From: Mugil cephalus
Taxonomy: Eukaryota
DNA: 64,000 nucleotides
Direction of reading: 5' to 3'
Assembly (NCBI RefSeq): GCF_022458985.1
Contig: NC_061781.1
Location: 26,257,222-26,321,221, forward strand
The translations under genes and the position numbers were made by a program. Positions 48,724 through 64,000 of the stretch are shown one piece after another. A model generated the notes under the pieces. The model was not told the DNA's origin, ran no database searches, and worked only from the letters and a program-made list of their open reading frames with translations. The first letter of the stretch is position 1; each line of letters starts with the position of its first letter.

Positions 48724-49315
48724 CTCTTGAAAATTCCAGCGACTGGTTCCTGAAGTAGAGGATTTGAAGCACAAAGTGTTGGAATCAGTAGACTGTTACT
48801 AATTCATCATCTGCCAAGTAGTGTGCCTTAGTTTAGATACAGTCGACACACAAAGTTCTAGCTGCTAAGGTGAGTTGTATGTTTCTCACTTGCCTGCTTG
48901 AGTGATCCTCATGTCCATGTGTTCTATTGTCATCTTCTTCACATTTGTCCATCACTGTATTTGATGTAAAAGAAGAGAACACTTGAGAAACTGCAAAGGA
49001 TTGGCTATGAGGGTTCTCAGGGAGCTAGGTATTGGTGTTAATTAAGCAACAAGGCAGCTTTAAGGCTGCACTAATAAATATTTTACCTCTCTTTACCCCA
49101 AATTTCCATACCAATACTTTCTGCTATAACACATTGCCACACAGCCAATAAAGCCAATAATAGCAGTAAAATTATACCCATTTTATTTGTCATTAATGCC
49201 TATAAAAGTATCATATTTTATACTGTAGCAATTTTTAAAAGTGCTTTAAAACAAAACTGAAAGACAATCCGGAATATATAATATATAATTATACTACCAA
49301 AAAAGGAATGAATAC

Positions 49316-49402
49316 CTTTAGGAACAGCCTGGTCCTCTACATCCCCACTATCTTCTTTGGTCTCAAATTGGCCTCCATCTTCATCCTCTGTTGTTTCAGA
49401 AT
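49316..49402 (-). CDS. speg: speg exon 2 (D)SETTEDEDGGQFETKEDSGDVEDQAVPK
   Basis: Acceptor gtttgcag|AT, donor AAAG|GTATTC. Acidic spacer corresponding to SETAEDD in mammals. Confidence 0.75.
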
Positions 49403-50172
49403 CTGCAAACAGACAAACCATGGGAGAACATTTCTCACTGAATGTCATTTTAATTCGGTCAGGGGCGACTGAAATCCATCTACTAAAAGAAAGATCATTA
49501 TTGATCTTGTGACACTAATGGAAAATTGTGTCCCTATAGAGGTAGTAGATGAGCCCCCGCTGTTTCTATAGGAACCAACTTGACTCTTCCACCATGTGTG
49601 GTGAACAACAACTGGATATTGCAACGCATGTCGTAGGTGACACATTTTAATTGGAGCACTTACAAATAAAAACAATTTCTGAGATTGGCTGTAGAATCTT
49701 ACTTAGAAGCACCATGATTGATGCACAGTACGGGTTTTATGCCTTGCAGGAGGCGAAAATGTAATAAAATCAGACTCGTGTTCTCACACAATTAGGGAAG
49801 AATCCCAAGTGTGACAAAATGCGTAACCAAGATTTAATTAACTTTTGTTGCTTCATCACTTCTTCTGTTGAATGTACTAAATTCACTGTACTGTACAGGT
49901 ACTAAATAATTATCTCATCATATCTGCAAATGAATATTAAGGAAGGGAATATATACACGTAATGTATCCAAAATACATTTGTCATTCAGTATTTTGGGAA
50001 ATATTTCAGCTATCGCTTATTAAATGTGAAAATTTGTCCCAGCTTCTCTCAGTCTGAGTGAAAATTCAGTTGTCGGTAGGACTCAAAATAGAAAGCGCTT
50101 TTGAGTCATTGGCATCCCAGCAGCTCTCATGAGGTGTTTGCTTCCCAGTAGGTGGAATTACTTATATATATA

Positions 50173-51788
<1,616 letters not shown>

Positions 51789-53957
51789 TATATATAAAAC
51801 AGAGGCTACGTGTTGTGCAGTAAAAGAACACAACAGGCTGTTATTGGTTGTCCTGATCGTGCTGAACGATTGTGGTCACAGTTTAAAACAAATTGTATGT
51901 TGTTCCCATGTGATGTATCCTAATGACCTAACTCCAGCTTGACAACTCACAATACATGTATTTACTTTTTCATGTTAACAGAAAGGACTGCATATTTTAT
52001 TCTGTAGAACCAGCACAGTCTGCTGTATAGATGTATACACATTCTGCACTGCATGGAGCATATAGAAGGGAATTAGGCACTTGTTTACCTGTACCTATTT
52101 ACATGAACACATACGAGGTCACACATGACATGTTACACATTCCTCCCAATCAGCTAAAAAAGTTAAAGGCAGTAATACAACAAATGTAGCAATGCACTAG
52201 AAAAGGTAAAGACCAAGGAGACAGAAAACGCATGTAAGTTAAAAATGTCTGAAAATGAAAAGAAAGACATGGACTTTGGTGAGAAGTACTGAATGCAACA
52301 TAACCACACAACATTTGATTATGATCAAATTGGCCTCAACCTAAAATAACTAGACACAAGTTAACTGGCTTGTCAGGCCTATGGTAGTGTTACACTGTAT
52401 GTGGTATCACATCAACAACTACTGTCCCAGGATATTTTAGTTCATAACCCTGTAACTCTGCAAACAAACAAGAGAACAGCGTAGCTAATGTTCCAGTTCT
52501 AGTACTGAAGTTTGTCGTTGAGGTCAGCCTCACTGAAATGTTCAGTCGTCTCTCATCATCCCTTTGAGGGTTGAGTGCATATAACAATAAAGAAGCCCTA
52601 CGTCCTTACTAACGCCAGCCTGTGAAACATCGCAGCCCTGTTTAGTGAAACTTTCTGTAATTGCTAAAGTTATTTCAAAGCTGTGGATGTGCTTTTTTTT
52701 CAGAATTACCGGTTTAATTTGAAGATGATTATATCTCACAGTGACACAGATCCTTTTCAATTAAATGTCTGAAGTCTCGCTCCAGCTCCTTAAGGCGCTG
52801 CCACTGAGTTTAACATCGTCAGCTACAAACATCCAGTTGTTGAGTGATGATAAAATCTTCCTCTTTACGTTTCAGCTGCTATATTTTACAGTGCAGTAAC
52901 GTCCCTCATGTAGAGAAGCCAGTGCAGAATAAAAACAAGGATAAATTAAAACAGCACTTGCCTGATCTTTTCTTTGGTCTGATTGTTTTTCATGGCCACT
53001 GCTCGTTTGTCCACCACAGGTATTTTTTGTCTTGGCTTGCATTCAGCAGCAGGGTATTCCCTGAGACACCCCGGGGTTTCCGAGCCATCACTACACGCCT
53101 CACTACGGATATTCTATTTGAAGACATCAGCTATTTGGATGTAAAAGCTTCAGCCTGTTATATAATGTAACTCTGCAGACGTACAGGTAAAAGATTCTCA
53201 CTCAAACGCAAAGAAATACTGAAGGCACTTCGGTCCATTATGTAACAAACAAGTCTCAGCAGTTCCTCTGAGAGAATCTGTTTCTGAAAAGCACAGAGAA
53301 TAAAGCATCCGCAGGTGGAAACGACTGTCGAATGGATATCATCCACTCTGAGGGAGCCCCCCCCCCACCTGTCCACACAATAGCCAGCGACAGCGTGAGT
53401 ATCTTCTCCTGTTGTGCATCCACCCCCCCAGTACACACCGATAGGTGGAAAAAGCAGTGGGAGTGATCCAGCCCTCTTGAGATCAGTGTTCTACAGCACT
53501 GCTTGACATTTTTAATTTTCCCCTTCCTCCCCATATGTCTCTGTCTTATTCTGCTGCTGGTGTAATGAGCCGACGTGCTGTCGCGAGGAATCGCTGCAAC
53601 AACTACAGAGACCACCTCACTCCTCTGCATTGCTGGTACACTATTCGCTCTCACAGCGAATGAGCTTCAGGCTGCTCACACAAGACGAACTCACTGCTCT
53701 GCTAATAAAACACAAGCACACGACTGTAAATACTACACTTTGGATGGCTCAGAGAAACAGCTGCTGCACGTAGAATCCTACTGTGCACAGGATAAAATAA
53801 CTGTGACTAAATTCAGAAATAAACCCACGTTTAAAAAAAGACTTACAGTGCATATATTAAGTTACATACATAAGCATTGATATAAAGGATCTAATGGTTG
53901 CAGCTACAAATGCAAATGAAATGTAGGAACCCTGTTCATGAAGGCATAAACCTGCAC

Positions 53958-53960
<3 letters not shown>

Positions 53961-54007
<47 letters not shown>

Positions 54008-54008
54008 T
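53961..54008. repeat. (GATA)n microsatellite, ~12 units, in speg intron 1
   Basis: gatagatagata... run. Confidence 0.9.
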
Positions 54009-57000
54009 AACATCACATCGTGATGACTAGAAGTTGCAGCCACAGCTGGGTGACTATGGCACAGTAGGTGGAGTGACTGAGTAACTGAGGGTTAGTGGAT
54101 CATGTGTGTGAATGAGCATGTTCTTGTAAAAACACTTTGAGCAGCAGTGAGTTGAAATGCATTGTGTGAAAATAGGAGCATTCACCAGCGTGTTATTAGT
54201 TTTTTTTTTTTTACAGGCTATGTACTGGATGAAGGGAGAGACATTCACCTACCAAAACATTGGGTAGAAAAGTGAAAAGAAATCCATTCTAATACAAAGT
54301 CCTGCAGTAACTCCCCCTTCGTGACCGTTCTCATTTTACTGTTCAGTTTACTGTGGGTTGAAACGAGGGGCGGGGGGGTCCAACTGGATGATGAGGCGTC
54401 GTTAAACTGGACTGAATCAAACACTAAAAGGATTTCTGTTAGTTAACGCAGCCCACTGACTAAAGTGGGATCATCAAAATAATAGAAACATGTCAACATC
54501 ATACGAATCAATAGCACAACAAAGCACAGACTAAAATCTGTTGAGAACACATCATACTCCAGGTAAAGGTCTGTGGGCCCATCAAATCCTCTGGGCTTCA
54601 TGCAGTGACGGACAGAACAGTAACACAGTGGAACTGATTATTGTTGTCTCAACAAAGCGACTCTGGTTAGTTGGATGATTATCCAGCTGCATGATGCATC
54701 TGTATCTGCTGCAGCCTAATGACAGCTCTCAGTTATTTGAAGCAAACGTTACTATAACCACCATGAAGACAAGATTCAGTGCAGGGCTGTTAGATTTACT
54801 TTATCACTAGTGTCCGTATTTTCTTATTTTTTTTTTCATAATTTAAATTTAGTTTCTAATTCTGTGTTTTATCTTTTCTCATGTCTGCGCACAGCACAGT
54901 TTGTAAATAAAGATCGACTGATTGATACATAATGAACTGGCCAGTGAGTGTATGTCCCAGTCTGTGAAGTTTTTTGGCTTCTTTTAGGGACTTTGGTTTG
55001 AAGATGTTTTAATTTTATGCCGCTCTCTTCTTCTGAAAATGCCACAAAAAAACTATGACACAGATGAAACGTCACTGCATACCTGGCATCTGTAATTTTG
55101 TATATAAAATGAATGAAGTAAAGGCCAAATTAGACTCCTGCGCTATCAGTGGTCAAATCAACACTTATCAAACAAATAAATACGAGCTTAGACAAAAGAA
55201 AACTCTCAATAAAATCTGTGTTCTGCTCAACGTGGACTGAAGGCCAGAGAGAAGACGCAGGTTTTCAACAGTGATAAGATGGCAACTGGTTCCAGACAGG
55301 ATTAATAATGAAACTCTGACTGTTTCAGCCATGTTCACTCATTGCTATACTCTTCTCTATTTTTATATGAGCCGTGTTTATTATGTTCTACATACAGTGA
55401 GATTTGAAGATTTTAGCTATAAAGACATGCACATACCTCCTTCTTCGTTTATTTCGATTCCGTGTCCATTAAAAACAAATCACTCAATCTACTTTTTGAA
55501 GCCACAGGGCGATAAAGGGGATTTCCACCGTGTGACTGTGGCTCCACCTGTTCACTCACATTCAGGGTCCGATGTGAAGCCAACACGGTGAGGAAACTAT
55601 CCAGACACGCTGGACACGGGGCCCAGTCACACTGCGTGGTGACATCTAAGGTTCCCACATTTAGGCCCTGCCAAGGCCTAAGACCGGCTCTATATGTTTA
55701 TTCATGAAATCCCTTTCCTGCTGTTACTGTGTCTTTGTGCTTGTTTTGGACCGTTTGCTTCAGTCTCACAGTGCTTCGCTTTACTTCCTGAAACACGGTT
55801 CAAAATGAGAGTTCTGTATTTGTTGGATGTGTCAATAGACAAATGTTTGCCAACTCAAAAGGAAATAACCTCGACGTTCAGGCACAGATGCCTCCAAATG
55901 TGCCAAAAAGAAATATTTAAGGCAAGTTGAATCATATATAAGGATCAGGATGACAGAGAATTAGCACCTGCTCAACACACTGTGCTTTAACAGCTTAAAC
56001 ATTAACGTTTCACTAAAATGCTGTGATGAAGCTGTGCACCACCTTCCACAAACACACAATGGGTCCAACTAGCTGTCGCCTGTGGTGAAGATGTTTTTGT
56101 CAGGAGAAGGGAGAGATGAGATTAAAGCTAAAAGAAAGATAAATGTTGGGATTCTGTTCATTGGGCTGAAGCACATACAGATGAATGCTATTTGTGTTTG
56201 TGTATTCAGATTCAGATTTGGATTCTAATCGGGGCCTTTACCTGATCACTGGAGGAAGAGGAGGGGAGGGGGGGTCACACAGGGCTGGGCTAAAATTAGC
56301 TGTGATGTCTTCCTGTGTAACAGGAGAAATGTTGGCCTGCTAACATCACAAAAATCTAAGGCCTGGCACATTCCACTGTATAAATAACTAGGGAGAGTTG
56401 GTGGACAAGCGGGGCGGGACAGGGAGACATTTTCAAAGATGGAGAGGGAGGGAAAGAGTCCAGGCTGTTGGACTGAGTGATGGAACAGCTGTGGAAAGCA
56501 GGAGAGAGCTGAACCAAACTGAAGGTTAAAATGGAGCGTCGGAAGAAGACTACCTACATGAAACAGCATGTACAGGACATGTGCAACCTCTGAAAGTTGA
56601 AGAGTTTAAGTGAAACTGAAACAATTAAGTTTCACTTAAAGAACGTCAATAACAAAACGAATTATCTGAAGGCAAGTAGCTTTGCAAAATATGGTCCGAA
56701 AACCCCAGAGGAAGTCTGAAGCTGAGAAAAAAATCCCTTTTAACAGGAAGAAACCTTAAACACAACCAAAGAGAGAGGAACCAGATGAACATCCATCTGT
56801 CATAGATACAAACATCTGACTAGAATCTGATGACGATGCAAATACAACATATAGCTGATGAGGTTACAGGACAGTACATCTCCATACTTGTGTCCTGCAA
56901 CCTGCCAATGATGCCTCTTATATTCAATACCAGACTGACTGATGTGCGGCTATTTACATGAAACCACTTCTTTCGTAATGTGATTAGTGTGGACATGATT

Positions 57001-58329
57001 AAACCGTGTAAAACAAGTGTGGTGAAATAGCACTTCTCTTCCTGCGTATTTCTAAACATGGTGGCTGCCCTGATGGATACATGCAATACAAGGTGTCGAC
57101 ACAGTGGCAGAGCCCTTAAAAATGAAAGCACCTGTTTAGACAGATCGATAGATCATCACATTTGCACACATCTTAACCTTTTATTACCTAGTTTTCATCC
57201 GGCCCTTGCACAAAGAATCCTGTTGCATGACATCCTAAGAAATACGTGCGCAAGCAGACAAATGATTATGTGAAACCGACTGAACTGAAACCAGCATGGA
57301 TCCGTCTTGACATCTTTGTACAAGCAAATGCACGCCATATTTATTCTATTTGCAGGAAAAAGCAACACTACACTTCCCACTACACGCTCCTGCTGAGACT
57401 TGCAGAACAAAGACCAAGTGCTGGAGCTGATACATGAAGGCCACACATGAGGCGATGCTGATGTCATTTTTCAAAGCAGCTGGGGTGGTGAGAGCACTCA
57501 GGTGAGCTGAATTTAGACCAGAGCTGGGGATGGTAGTAAAAAAAGAGGTTTTGTAGATCCGAATGCTGTGACGTCCTTCTGCGCATCCTTGGTTAGACAC
57601 TGAGGCACCTCAACACACTCAGGAACTAACATCTGTCAAAAGCACTCGTTTCCAAAATGTGTGGTGGACATTTAAAGATTCCACCATGTGCTAATTTTAC
57701 CACATGCGACAAACAACATCCTGTTGTAACTGAATAGAATATTTAGATAAAAACAATATGTGTAAAACAAATCTGCCATTTGATGTGGATTTTATACAGA
57801 AATACATCGTGTTTGTGTACTGCACACATCGTATGTACATGTAAATATATGCTTTAATAAAATGTATTTTAACTTGTACTCTGTTTTACCTTTATTTGGT
57901 GCATCATCTGATAAATAAAGTAAAATGAAGAAAAGTAAAATGATTCAGCCTGATGAAGTACTTACAGTAAGTTATAGTTCAAGTATTATTTGTATAATCA
58001 TCATTTCATACTGGAGCTAAAGGAGCTGGAGGTTGGACCTATCACTTATCTGGGGGTTGGGCCTTTTGGATGACGAGGCCATTTTCACTGAGCGTTGTGA
58101 TGTTGTGATGATGATACATTCATCACATCATGCAGACAATGACGGTTTCTGACAGTCTAATCCTGTGACGCACTTATATTGGATTATTATAGTGGAAGTA
58201 TCTTGAAGTCTGTAGTAGTTCTGCACTTAATTGGATACTACTTATTTTAAAAGTGTGATGGTTTTTAAATACCTGAAAGAGACAATCTCATTCTTGCAGG
58301 TAAAACTTGAAATGCACTTTTGACATTAC

Positions 58330-58747
58330 CTTCACCCAGATCCAAGACAGCCAGCACAGCGCTGCTCCGAGCTTCTCCCAGGTGATTATTGGCAATGCAG
58401 GTGTAGAGTCCAGCATCATTGGGTTTGCAGTCCCTTATCCAGAGCCCTCCGTACTCTTGGTTCTCCATGTTGACCAGGTCCTCGTTGTGGTACCAGTAGA
58501 GCGAAGGCTGGGGGTCTCCAGCCACCGTCACCTTGAGGCGGATGTCACAACCCGTCCCCACGGCGGCGTTCCTCATTTTGCGTACGAAAACGGGTGGAGA
58601 CGGGGTGGGATAACCGGCTCCCCGAAGTTCTGGGACAACTCGCTCCGGGCTCGCTTTGGACCGTTTTGGGGGGATGACGGGACTCGGTGGTGCCACTGCT
58701 TCATCGGCCCCTTTTTTCAAGGTCATTTGCACCTCACTTTTTCTCAT
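58330..58747 (-). CDS. speg: speg exon 1 (ATG 58747; Ig-like 1); donor GAAG|GTAATG
   Basis: MRKSEVQMTLKKGADEAVAPPSPVIPPKRSK...LAVLDLGE. Phase-1 donor. Confidence 0.85.
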
Positions 58748-61505
58748 GGTTCAACTATTTGCTTAGCTCCTCCGGTGACTTCTGTAACTCCTGTAACTGT
58801 CTACCTGGACTGTATTTGAATGACACTAGGTGGGCCCTCGTGTAGTGTTCTCAAACTAAATCCAGTCAGGGCCTTCGAGTCTAAGAACAGGGTTTACATA
58901 TATTTTTGAACACGACCTAATCTGCAAGTTTCTTTTAATAAAGAAAAATGAACATATTAGAAACATATCTGCGATGCTAATTCGCCTCTGCTTGTTGTTC
59001 TCTGACCTCAGCTGTTGCTCGAAGAAGAAACAGAAATTGTCGATCGCCGTGTAATTAGGCAGATAGAGATAGCTTCCACTCTCCTGCCCAGAGGTATTTT
59101 TAGGGCAAGACCCAACGGATCATGTTGCATTACCAGCTCCCTTGACTTGTCTCTTGGAAGTGACGGCCCTGCTTCTCCCCCTCCTTTTCCTGATGTTCTC
59201 TGACTTTTCAGTCTTTTTTAACCTTTCCCCACGAGTGTGCAACGTCTCCGCAAAACATAGTGTGCAAGTCTTCCGAGATCTGTTGAGTGTAATCATCAAG
59301 TCCTGCCCGACAAGCTGCACAGTTCACCCCTCACTCCATGTCCCATGAGTTAAACCACCCTATTCTTGATCTCCCCCTACCTCTGCCCGTCAGTCTGAAG
59401 GGGGAAATGACAGCCACAGCCGAGCAAGTCTCACAGTGACAGCTGCATGGCCATGCGCCTGCCCACTCATTGCTAAGCTCCCGCCCCCGTGTCATTTTTA
59501 GCCAAGTTAAGGTCAGTAGAACATGTGAGATGGTGCACCACTTGTAGCATAAAGGAGGGGGGTGGTTGGTATAGAAGGGCCAACGTCATCGCAGAGACGT
59601 GTTAGCAACCAAGAGGCAGTAAGTGACAGTCGTGTCGCATCAAGCAGAGCCGAGCTCACAAGCAAAAATGACAACGGCATTGACATTTGGACTATCGTGA
59701 TCTTATGAATGCTCATGTTCTTGAAAAGCACAAACATCTAGTAATCTGGTACTGAGAATTACACCGATCAGCCACAACAAGAACATGTAAGACTCTGAAA
59801 ATGAGACAGGCAAGATTTGTCTAGATCAAGGATATTAAACAGTAATGAATGTCTAACATTTTAACCAAATCATTGACCGTCTCTGTAGCAGTGTAGCTGA
59901 TGTTCACATCCTGTTCCTGCCGTCCATGGGGCTCGTGAATGTCTTGCCTGTTTACCTGCTTTTCTAGTTTTTACATAATGAAACCCATTTTTCTGTTAAC
60001 CCCCAGAGAGACCCAGTGTCCTCGTATGGGGACGTTACTTTTTAGGCCTGTTGCAGCTTATTGTGCTTCATTTAAGGAGACACTGTTGTCGGCCATGTAC
60101 TGGTAGTGAAGGGTCAATATGCTTGTTTATTTATTCTTATTAACTTTTGTAGTTTGACATCACATGAAAATTTGACAAATTCACAAATACTCGTTTGAGG
60201 ATGTTGGGATTGTTTCCAGTTCTGCTTTTGCATTAAAATAAACTGTTTTATATTCTGGTTCACACTGGTGACTTAAATTGTTATATACAGTGAAATAATC
60301 CCTGTGTTAACATAATCTTTTTCAAAAACAAAGATGATGCTTATTTTTTATACTTCTGTGTCCTGCTAATCCCAAATACACAAAGATCTTAACGTTTAGA
60401 TGCATTCCAGACGAATGCCTGTGTCTCAGGAGGTTAAATATCAAATAAAAGATGATGATTACGCCCACAGTGTTAATGTCGAAGCAGTTTTTATTTCATA
60501 GTTCCTTGTGTTTTTGTTGTGTATTGTGGGTTTTTACTATAGTCTATAGCACTTTCAGAGTTTTAATGAAAAGTGGTTTATGAAAAAGTTATTATTGTCA
60601 TGTGGATGATGTCGTCATGTCTTACTAAACAAAAGAATTTACTTCTGCTTTTTTTTCTCGAAGCAAACTGAAAGAAGAAGAGAAACGTAAAAGACTCTGG
60701 AGGCGTCTTCTATCAGCGGTTCAATGACAAACAAGACAGCAGGCTGTTTTTGATTTTTATTTAATTATTTCGAATACAGATAAAAAACAATACATGAATA
60801 AGTATGAAAAAAATATTTAGTCAAATATACACAAAGTCTTATAAAATCTAAAATCTTATAAACATTTATATGGATTTATTACTGTACATAATATATGAAA
60901 CACATTCCACCATTTAACACTAAACATTAAACAGAGCCTCAATGTGAGTCCTGGTCTGCATAGACATATATATATTTTTGGTGAAATATATTTACACTTG
61001 AAACTTAATTTTGACACACGTGACTCACATGTCCTGGTTGGTTTGGTGTCATCGCTATTAACTGGTGTATCCGGCAAATGCAGTTTATTTTTGGGACACA
61101 GACTTCTGGTATTTTAAAAAAGAAACCAGGCAACAATTCCCCATTTTTTGAGCCACTGTGATCTGACTTCGTGTATCTTAAGATTTAGAAGAAGAAGCAC
61201 AGTTCACAAAGAAGCAAATACATAAATACAGTAATTCTTTAGGCTCAGCCACTGATATATAAACTCATCCGGCAAGTCATAGTAACATACATGCAAGCAG
61301 CATTTCCGTGGTGTACACCGACTGCATCGAAACCAAAGTTAAATAAGTCAAGGGAGAAAAGTACAACAGCATACTTACAACTCTGGTTGTGTTTACGACT
61401 CATGTGTAGAGAACCATCAAAACTAACTTAGTTGCCCTTCAGTTGATAGAGCAGAACTCTGATGAGATGGATTTATCAGAACTGCTGAAATGTCTTTTGG
61501 CATCC

Positions 61506-62590
61506 TCACATGAACGTGGACGTGATTTCTGATGACATCGAGGACCTGCTGCTTCTCGACACCGACGCTCTCTCCAGCATGCCCACCTTCCTCATCATCT
61601 GCAGCAGCTTCCTTCTGAATTTCTCACCCACAAAAGCATACAGCACCGGGTTTACACAGCTGTGAAGCAGGCCCAGACTTTGGGTGGCAAACATGGCTTT
61701 ATCCACCGCTATCCTCGCTGGGCACTGGTAGGGCACGATCTTTGCCCTGAAGAAGGTGTCTGCCATCACTGCGATGTGGTACGGAGTCCAACACAGCAGG
61801 AAGGCCACCACCACGCACACGATCACTCTCATGGCTCGCTGTCGCTGAAATCCCCCACGGATGTGAAGGAGGCGCTCGATAGTTGTTCCATAACAGAACA
61901 GCATGATGCCCAAAGGGATAATGAAACCCAACACGTGCCGAAAAACTCTGGTGGCCAGTCGCCACTCGTCGGCAGAGCTGGGATCATATTGTTGAGCACA
62001 CATTACGTGAGTGGAGTTTGAAGAAGAAAAGGAAGAACTGAAGAACCCTGGCAGAGACAGAAGTGCTCCAACAGCCCAGACGCCGCCGCAAACTCCCCAA
62101 CTGACCCGCTGGCGGTCAGCCCTCCGGGCCTCCGTAGCTCGTACGATCACCATGTAACGGTCCACACTGATGCAAGTCAGGAAGAGAATGCTGGAGTAGA
62201 AGCTTAGTTCTTGGAGGATCGTGACGATTTTGCACATGGCATCTCCAAACACCCAGCCCAGCAAAACAGAGGTGGCTGAGAATGGCAGGGTGACGGCCAC
62301 CAGGAGGTCTGCAACTGCCAGGTGGAGGAGGTAGAGGTCAGAGGGACGCAGCGACTGGCTGTTTGAGCCAATCACCAGCCCCACGATCAGATTTCCAGGA
62401 ATGGCCAACAGAAAGATGAGGACGTAAAACACAGTGACGGCAATCGCCACAGGGTCTGGGACGGACAGAGCGGCACATGGCTGCGTTGCAAGGTCTATGG
62501 TAAACTCGGTGTAGTTGTAATTGTAAGTTATGTTGAGTTCGTCATAAATAAGGCCAAAGTCATCAATTAACAAAAGGGACTGGTTTGGAT
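61506..62590 (-). CDS. CXC-chemokine-receptor-like class A GPCR (cxcr3-like), main coding exon (2 nt + 361 codons incl. stop)
   Basis: Seven-TM architecture. DRYMVIV motif. ...RAMRVIVCVVVAFLLCWTPYHIAVMAD... and ...LGLLHSCVNPVLYAFVGEKFRRKLL... closely resemble CXCR3 (CWTPYH, LYAFVGxKFR). Ser-rich C-tail. The ORF-track 'M' at 62573 is a TTG. Confidence 0.8.
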
Positions 62591-62691
62591 CTGAGGAAAG
62601 AAGATAAAGATAAAATACATCAAATGAATAAAACCGTATTTGCTAATTTGCTTACATAACAAAAGGTCATTTTATGGATGGAAATACTCAC

Positions 62692-62698
62692 CAGTCAT
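62692..62698 (-). CDS. GPCR first coding micro-exon ATG ACT G (donor G|GTGAGTA), spliced to acceptor cctcag|AT at 62590 to give MTDPNQSLLLIDDFG...
   Basis: ATG followed immediately by a consensus donor. A 7-nt first coding exon is typical of chemokine receptor genes. The junction is phase-consistent. Confidence 0.6.
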
Positions 62699-64000
62699 TG
62701 TGTTGTCTTCTTAGGGCAGACACTGATTGTGTGTTGAGAGAACAAGGAACACACACTGTGTTTGTCTTTATACCCCTCCCACCAGCTCTGTCCTGACCGC
62801 CCCATACGCACACAATTCGACTTGCTCAAGAATTCAAACAAGAAGCTGTTTCCTCTCCCATTTAGATCGATGTGGTAGATGCAAACATGCAGTCGTCTTT
62901 ATATTTTGTGTTTAAAGTTATACATATATATGTATGTATATGTATATATTTATATGTATATATATATCTGTATTGCTTTCTTTTTTAAGCCTATACTGAC
63001 GTTATGTTTACATATCTGCACTAGCTATTTTTAATTCCCCTTATTCATTCCTCAGTGCTTCCCCCAAAACAAACCCAAGCCAAGGTCTGAATCTGGAGTC
63101 ATGGGATATGCTGTCACACTTTATGCTAAATCGAAAGAGAAACCATTGGTTTGTGAGGCTCATGACAGAAAAATAAAACACTGGATGGATGGACTACACA
63201 AAGAAAATAGAAAGGGAAATAAACAGTTAATTGAGTTTTGCGTGTCCTGCATTTATAAAGAGGAGAAATATAAAATATTTGCAACACGTTTATGACTCTG
63301 ATTATTATCCATTCAAAGACAAAAAATAACATCAGCTGACTGGACACTGGTGACACCCATGAGCAGAAAGTGAAATATCATTGTGACTGAACACTGCTGC
63401 TGCTGCTGAGAGGAAGTTCCCAGCTCATGACATGCATCTCTGTTGACACATGAGTGTCTAGCATCACATTTCCTGCCACACTTCTCATGTGCCCCAACAT
63501 CCAGTGTCACAAGCTTTCATTATAAGCAGCAGTGGAAGAACACAAACATGTTTTGGACATAGAATTTACAGCATCGTGGGACTGCTGTGTTGCAAGTATA
63601 AACCTCCAAAAGAAAAAAGAAAAAAAAAAAAAAAAAGACACAATCCAGTGTCAAATGAATGTAGACAAAAACAAATGACTTAGCACTGATGCCTCACAGC
63701 AACAAGCAGGTTGTGGGTTCTAATCAATCAGTTGACTGGGGCCTTTCTGTGTGGAGTTCCTACTACTGGGTGTTCACCTAAACAAGAAACTGGACTGGAC
63801 ACACAATAGTCAAAGTCCAAAGTCATCTCCACCTACTGAGAAGACTGAGGTGTTTTATAGTGTGCAGGTCACTGGTCAGGACTTTACGTGACTGAGTGGT
63901 GGCTGCTGCCATCCTGCATGCAGTGATGTGCTGAACAGTCCTGGACTGATCTCTGGACTCCATGGAGGAGGTGGATGAATCTGCATCAGAGTGTAGCTGC

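Overview
This is nuclear DNA from a teleost fish with a compact genome; there are no prokaryotic features, rRNA/tRNA genes or CRISPR arrays. Every gene except one orphan exon lies on the minus strand. From high to low coordinates the window contains:
- a cxcr3-like chemokine receptor with a 7-nt first coding exon (62698..61506);
- a complete SPEG gene (striated-muscle tandem-kinase protein) of about 40 coding exons packed into ~30 kb (58747..28985), carrying both kinase domains, the Ig/FN3 modules and a 2.7-kb inter-kinase exon;
- a small 4-exon gene for a 235-aa protein with an IQ motif and two I-set Ig domains (25486..24247);
- a CTD small phosphatase gene, most like ctdspl, with 7 coding exons (23131..5350) that hosts the miR-26a hairpin in its E4/E5 intron;
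- one obscurin/obsl1-type Ig exon on the plus strand (567..836).

Repeats and mobile elements: an apparently intact Tc1-like transposon (1.6 kb, 205-bp IR/DR ends, 340-aa DDE transposase) sits in SPEG intron 2. A frame-broken Tc1 copy lies 46 bp from a ctdspl splice donor. There is a small Tc1 fragment, a teleost interspersed repeat, several microsatellites, a G44 homopolymer and an interstitial telomeric repeat.

The most unusual feature is a 2,532-nt fully open, highly acidic, Cys-containing reading frame inside ctdspl intron 2. It is bounded by a consensus acceptor and a CAG|GTAAGA donor, both phase-compatible with the flanking ctdspl exons. Its inclusion would add 844 aa between the N-terminal region and the phosphatase domain.

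Exon boundaries were derived by hand from splice consensus and reading frame and may be off by 1-2 nt.
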